DNA of 64,000 bases from Scyliorhinus canicula (taxonomy: Eukaryota). The stretch is taken from the NCBI RefSeq assembly GCF_902713615.1, contig NC_052148.1, forward strand, positions 106,199,098-106,263,097, read 5' to 3'. A model generated the notes under the pieces. That model was not told the DNA's origin and ran no database searches. It saw nothing but the letters and a program-made list of their open reading frames with translations. How positions within the stretch are numbered: position 1 is the first letter of the stretch; each line of letters opens with the position of its first letter. Shown one piece after another: positions 57,261-64,000 of the stretch. Position numbers and translations under genes: made by a program.

Positions 57261-60200
57261 AGTACCAAATGTCACATACAGGAGTCTAATTGTGTTCTTT
57301 TCTTAGATTAATATATTGAGAATAACAGGTGGATAGGGAATGATTCTAAACAAAATGGCCTGGTCAAATTATTTTGAAACGTATATAAAGCACTGTTTCC
57401 TGTGGGTTTAAATGCGTCAGCAGGCATCCAAGTCTGACGTATCAAGAGTTGAAGTGTCGATGGGAGAATGTTTTTCAAATATTTAAACCTTTCCTTCAAA
57501 ATGTTTTGAATTTTAATCGGGTTTTTGGAAAGAAATATCTCAACTGATTTTCAGTTATCTACTTTGAATGGCAGATTGACATTGCAACATATTGTGATCA
57601 CGTTATATGTAGATAAAATCTGATAAACAGATTAGCTTTTTCAGCACTACCTTTCAGAAAATGTAGTTTAAAACATTGAATCATAGCATACTTTGAAATT
57701 TTAAAAATTAGATAGCTATTAATTTCTCTGGCAGTTAGAAAAGAGGAGCTGAAGATACTTTGATCAAAGGTGGTTATAAACATTGTGGGTCGGATCAATG
57801 GGGTTGTTTCAGATGTATTCAAGCGTGAAGGGAAAGATAAACAAAAAAATCTCCAGCCTGCTGTGTATAAACCATTAAGCTGCCAATCAAAGGCTAGTTA
57901 GAAGTATGTCACGGTAAATTAAATGATTACAAAGGTTTTAAAGAACCTCAGGGTATTTCAAAGGTTTTCAAGCATTGTGAGCTTTCTAGACAGGCCCAGA
58001 GACTTCAAAAAGCAGCTGTGTTGAAAGCATGGGGCTGAATGAGCAGATGTGAAGAAAGGGAAAGTAGTTGAGGCTTCCTTGCTTGTATCTTCAATGAACT
58101 GTCTGATCTGCTTGTCAGCTGTCAGGCAGACCAGTTCAAAATTAGAAGACCACTTCAAAGTTTTCACAGTTCACAGAAAAGGATGAAGATTTTGAACAAG
58201 AGATGCCTGAAATCACCATGCCAAGAGTGACCTTCAGTGTGACCAGGGGCATTCCAGACATGGGACTCCATCGCAAGGGAGTGTTGCAAGTTCAATCCAT
58301 CACTCATAGCCCAAGCCCTTCTAATGCCCAGGATTCTTAACAGACCCTCCATCTGCAGCCTGGCAGCAGCAAGGGCACATAGGCCATGTTCTTACTGAAC
58401 CCCCCATAGGTTCCAATGCGCCAGTCCAGGCTGTCACTGCCAGATGACAGGTGGCAGAGGACAGATGAAAATGTCTAGGGGTGAGGCCTTGAGAGAAGGC
58501 CTCAAAGGGCCTTACCCCCCCCCCCCCCATGCATTTGTGGTGGTTGCTGGGGGTGGTACGGGTGACCTGTTACCTCTGTGGTGGGTGGAAGGATGCCCCT
58601 CTTTGCTGAGGGATTGGGAGTGCTCTCCATGTCAGCCTGGGAATCAACATTTCCATTGTGGAGGTGGAAGGGGGACTTATCTTTGAACACTGGAATCAGG
58701 GCACCTGTTAAAAATGGTGTCCTGAGATCAACAAACGCACCCTGGCTGGCAGGCTAGCCACGATGCCTACTTTGGTATGCTAAAGTTGAGGGAATCCCAC
58801 CTCGGCGACACTCTTCTTGCCAATGGGAACCACTCCAGTTTTGTCTCTGGTGGGAGCATTTAATCTTGAAACCAGAGATTTGGGGCCTATGTCCACATTT
58901 GAAAATGTTTTCAATTTTGGATACCTTGATGCACATTTAAAGCGACAGTGTTTTGTTAAGCATCATCAAGTTGCATATTGCAAAGAAAAATTGGGGGAGA
59001 TTCTGGTATTCAAATTTTTGAAGCTAACAGAACAAGTTGATAAATCTGTTTCGACCCTTGGCATTATATATAGAGGCATAGAATACAGAAGCAAGACAGT
59101 TAAACTAAGGCCGCATTTGCCATTGCAAGTCTGCCCTGCTACTTAGTGAGTGCAGAGAATTTGGCCACACCGTTCGCTGGTGGCGCGATTCTCTACACCC
59201 GCCACTTGTCAATGGGATTTCACATGGAAGACACCACATGCCACCGGGAAACCCATGGGTGGGTGTGCATGGCCAGCGGGAACAGCTGGAAAATCCCACC
59301 CTAAGCACTTCTAGATCACTGACTAGGTCTGAGCTGAAGTATTGGGTGGGACTTAACTAATGGGAAGAAAGTTCCATGGCGAGCGCATTTAGCCACATGT
59401 TTCTTGGTGCTCGCGGCGCCGAGAAGCCCTGGTTAGATGGGGGTCCTCAGCGGGGAGCACACGGCCCCGTTTTATGCATTGAGGAGCTCTGCTCACCAGA
59501 ATTCCTCAATGTAGTGAGAAAAATAGCGTCCCGATCTCTGGGGGCCCTCAAGGCAACTCCTAACCCATCCCAAGCCTCAACGCACTTCGGGTGTTCCCGT
59601 GTCTCCCCGCACCTGCACAGGTTACCCCCAGCCCAATCATCACCGTGCAAAAAATGCCAGTTTGGCAACGCCAACCTCTGCTCGATGGCAATGCCATTTG
59701 GGCACCACCAGGCAGGCACCAGTTGGCACTGTTATGGTGTTAGGCTGGCATTGCCAGGTTACCCAGGTGGCAGTGTACCACCCTGCCCAAAGGTAATGCA
59801 CCCGAGGGCCTCCAATCTCCTGGAAGACCCCCACGAGTGCCATTCCATCTGGTCTCCGTTTGCAGAGACCGGCACTCGCCCAACTTCTCTGAGGAAATGG
59901 GGATAAATCCCAATGCCTCGGGTACCTCGGGAAACTGCATAATAAAGTGAGACTAGCTGTCTCTCTTCAGTTCGCCGATTTGCTAAAAAGTGATCCCACC
60001 CACAATGGGCTGAATGCACTAGTGGGATGGGGAAAGGTAATGAAACTGATGGATAAGTAACTTGCAAAGCTGCATTAGAAATATACTTGAGAAGAAACAA
60101 ATTACAGGAAAAGAACAGTGGAGTAGGACTAATTGGTTGGCTCTTTCAAAGAACTGACCCAAGCAAGGTCTTCAGATAGAACCATGATGCCAAGTTGACG

Positions 60201-63142
60201 AGATCATAATCACAGTTCAGGGCTGAGGTTACTTTTGAAGAAGAGGGGATAAATTGGTTAAATGTTCGGCTCAAGTGATTATAGTCACCTTTTGTGTGAT
60301 TTATAACAGTCTGAGCTCTTCATTATTATCTCATTTGTACCTAGGTTCGGTTTGTTTAATTTAAAATTTTAGCCCTGAATATTCTTCCCTCCCTGCCGTG
60401 AAGACATTGGCTCACACTGGGATGGGATTTTGCCAAATTGTCTTTCGTCCATACGTTTTCTCAAATGATCGTCCTTCATGTCAGAGTGTGGACCGTGAGC
60501 AACATCAGGTTAATCAATTGTTGTGGGCATCACGTTTGTGCCTACTCCTGCTCTCACGCATAGTGTCTCTGAATGTTGCAGCAATTTGAATGTTCCACCA
60601 CCTTTCAAACCAGAATGAAATATATTTGGCATGATCTAACTAAAAAAGTGACAGAGTCCATTCTGGGCGGGAATCGAGGGGTTGTTCCCGGAGTTGAACG
60701 GCTCTCTATTTTTTTCCTGTTCCCCGCCCAGGCCGCACTTAGCTGTACATCCTACTGAGGAACAGAGCTCCTCACTATAGAAGAGGTGGGAAATGGTGCC
60801 CTGATTCCTCATCACGAGCACTCCCAATGCCCCAACTCACCTGTCTGGAGTCTTCAAGCCCCCGCACCACACCGCATACTGCCACAGCACCTCCAGGTCC
60901 GATCCCCGGAGTGGGAATAATGCCAGCTTGGCACTGCCAGCCTAACACTGGCAGGGGCAATGCCAGCCTGAGAGTGTCAAGCTGGAACCCAGGTCGCACT
61001 GCCAGGCTGGCAGTGCCAAGGTGCCTGGGTGGCACCAGCTGCTCCAGGGTGCTAGCCTGGCCAGAGGGCAAAAACCCAAGACCTCGGATTGTCTGGGAGA
61101 CCGCTCCCAAGTGCCGGTACGCCGCGTAATGAATTGCGCTCGGCTGTTGTCTCCTCGCCAAGGCCAATAGATGCCTGGTGGATGTTCGATCTGGTGTCAG
61201 CACGGCTAAATTAGTTTTAAAAACTCATTTAACCGTGTGTGACTGAGTCCTGCCCATCCAGACCGCAACGCCATCGGGACTCCTGCAGGAAGCCTTTTCT
61301 TGGATCTACTGGCCATATCCCATGCTGATTCCGGTGGGATCCAGCCAGTAAATTGCGCTCATCGGATTTAATTCTTCTGCATTTAAAACTTTTCCCTTTT
61401 CAGGAACCTGTGAGTGAAATTAATGACAAACATTCAGGTCTTTGGTAAATGTAAATATTTCATCATTAACACAGGTTAAAGTTTAAATGTTCCGTACATA
61501 CCGCTGCCTTTGTCAGAGGTGAGCGTTTTGCATAAAGGATCTGTCAAGTCTCAAAGGGTATCCACTGTGTAAATGTAACCGGGAAACATCGCTGGAGAAA
61601 ATAAATTCTCTACTAGAATCTGAAAAAGAGCTGGAAGGAGACAAAATCAGGTAATTATATTCTTCGTAATGACAAGTTAGTGGAGTTCGTGCACGATTCT
61701 TCATGTGATATTTACAGAAATGTCCAAAATTGTTATTTTGGGAAGATTGTAGCATGCAGCCCTGGTCTAAAGCTAGCCTGGTGTGGGGTTCCCGCATATA
61801 TTCTGCTCATGTATCAGTGCAACTGGGTGGAATTGACTGCATTAGCACAGACGATTGCAGAGTTTAATTTGCAAGTGAGTTACGCCCATAAATACTTGCA
61901 CTCGAGTTTTTAATGATCTTTTATGCTGGTTTAACTTTCATTTGCCCACCTTCTTTCCTTTAGAGATATATTTTATGCTGATTACACTGTTGAGAACTCC
62001 AACGTGTACAAGCTTTTGTGCTTGTGTGTATGTTATGTAATAGTTTTTCAATTGCCTCGTATTATCCCAGACAATAAATAATTGACACATGTTTTGTTTA
62101 ATATTAATTTTCACATGCTGCTTTGTGCAAAAGAATACCCACGTTCAAGTGTGACATTGTATTTTGGAAGACAATATCACTGAGGTATATTTACTTAAGT
62201 AATAAGTAATACAATCTTAACTCTTTTCATATAAATCCTGCAATTAACAAAAACATATATATTTTCACAGTAATTGAACAAAGACATTGAGCAACTAAAG
62301 GATGAAGAAACTTTTACATTTTGTTTACTTTGTGAGCTGCTTACCTGAATTGTTTTCACAAAATAGCGATGGTAAGGTTCTTTTCCCTGCTTTTATTTTA
62401 TACATTAAGATAATATGTATATATATATTAAACAGCAGAGCTGATTAATTAAAACATTGATCATTTTAGAAGATGATAAGATTATTCATGAAATTTAATT
62501 TGCACAAAACTTGCGTAGAAGTTTGCCTCTGTGCATAACACACATATTTAGTGATCAAAATTTCATAGGATTACATAGAAAATTACAACATGGAAATAGG
62601 CCATTCTACATGTGGAGGATAAGAATCACAATGGATTGTGATTCTTATCCTCCACATGAACAGCAGTTCGACTCCTATGGGCCTGGCCTTGTCCCGCATG
62701 CTTTATTTTGCTTTCTTTCAACAAGGCACGTAACCTCATTTTATATGTCGACATGCATTCTGCTCTAGTCACTAACTCTGGTGGTACATCAAAACATTCT
62801 GAGTAAAAAACGCTTGTTCTTGCTCTGTCCTAAATCTATTACATCTTATGGGACAGCTTTTTGCGACTGAGGTGGGTAGCTCAAGTGGGGAGATTTCCTG
62901 ACTCAGCAGAAACTGGCTTGGTAAAATGTGTCCAGCTGGACCCAATTTTGGCTCAAGGGGATGGCACGGAGGAAATGGGGGTGGTATGGATGGAGCCAGG
63001 TCTACCAGCCCTGGAAGCAGACTGGAGGTGATTGCATGGACAGCCGAGCGCCAAGCTTTGTCCCAGTTGCTTATATTTATATTTAGTTTAGGCCTTCGGG
63101 CCCTCATCCTTCGCAAGGCCTCAAACTCCCATCCACTGCAGA

Positions 63143-63350
63143 GGCACAGAGCAGTGGTTAGTACTGCTGCCTCACGACGTTGAGGTCCCCGGTTCGATCC
63201 CAGCCCCGGGTCACTGTCCGTATGGAGTTTGCACATTCTCCCCGAGTCTGCAAGGGTCTCACCCACAGCCCAAAAAGACATGCAGGGTAGGTGAATTGGC
63301 CACGCTAAATTTCCCCTTAATTGGAAAAATATAATTGGGTACTCTTTAAA
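63143..63350 (+). mobile_element. V-SINE, short A-rich tail type
   Basis: Head, core and tail as in 51805-52036. Confidence 0.85.
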
Positions 63351-64000
63351 ATAAAACCTCTAATCCACTCCTATGCCACCTCCATTCCAACTCATATCTC
63401 CCACCCACCTCCTTTAGCTCTTCATAACCTCCTTGTCAACTCCTGACACTTCCATGAACATACACCCAGTACAATCTGTACATAACCGATGAACCTTACA
63501 GTAACAATGGCATATGTAGAACTGCTTAAAAAGCCACCCCATTCATAACTTTCTTAAATACTCTGTTACCACAACCCTGTAAAAGTGTCAATTACAGAAA
63601 CTATAAGCACTTGACAGATCTTCATCTTGTGAAAATCAATATTGAGCTATTGGCAAAATAATCACGGAAAAATAGTTACTATACCACCATAAAGCTGTCA
63701 TTCAAGCAAAGTTTCTCCATTTCCTCAGTTTTGTCAACAAAGTAAAATGAAACTCGCATGAGAGCCGAGACTCTTATATAAAATGATTAACTCTGTTGAA
63801 GCATTCTTAATTGGCACTGTTGCTGGGAGGACCATCTCTTCAAAGAATTCTTGGCTCTTCTAGAGACTATCTGGCTATTAACCCCCATAATAATTTAATA
63901 AAATAAAACATGTTAAACACTTGTCCACAAAAGCAGGACAAATATAACCTGCTCAATTACCATCCTATCAGTCTACATTCGATTATCAGCAAAGTGATGA

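Noticed and set aside
61517-61650. Possible exon of a downstream gene (ag|...GACAAAATCAG|gtaatt)
   Set aside because: No ATG-initiated or fully open frame and no recognisable peptide; could be a non-coding exon but is unsupported without RNA data.
62000-62520. FOXA/HNF1-like motifs suggesting a liver promoter for a neighbouring gene
   Set aside because: Short motifs are expected by chance in very AT-rich sequence, and no downstream exon is seen in the window.

Overview
Eukaryotic DNA from a cartilaginous fish (shark, probably a catshark). This is inferred from HE1/V-SINE, CR1, Penelope and GC-rich MITE content; the window is not prokaryotic and has no CRISPR. It holds one complete, apparently intact 11-exon cytochrome P450 gene of the CYP4V subfamily (CYP4V2 orthologue). 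The gene is on the + strand, ATG 1746 to TAA 56223, with a 1539-nt CDS (512 aa), all introns GT-AG and in phase. The introns are packed with nested transposable elements. The most notable is a defective class I endogenous retrovirus in intron 4 (minus strand, 19931-25142), with a tRNA-Ile PBS, an intact integrase frame and an env remnant carrying an unusual N-terminal six-Cys module. Other elements are CR1, L1/Tx1, Rex1/Babar, L2 and Penelope relics, several solo LTRs with TSDs, a hAT MITE, Harbinger-like hairpin MITEs and many SINEs. The best candidates for new biology are: (1) a nuclear-receptor element cluster upstream of CYP4V (perfect DR5 RARE, perfect ER6, DR1-like); (2) the ERV and its env N-terminal module; (3) a MITE family whose hairpins show compensatory changes; (4) a locally templated 48-nt capture at a SINE 5' junction. 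Most ORFs in the track are spurious or TE-derived. An assembly gap lies at 48569-48740.
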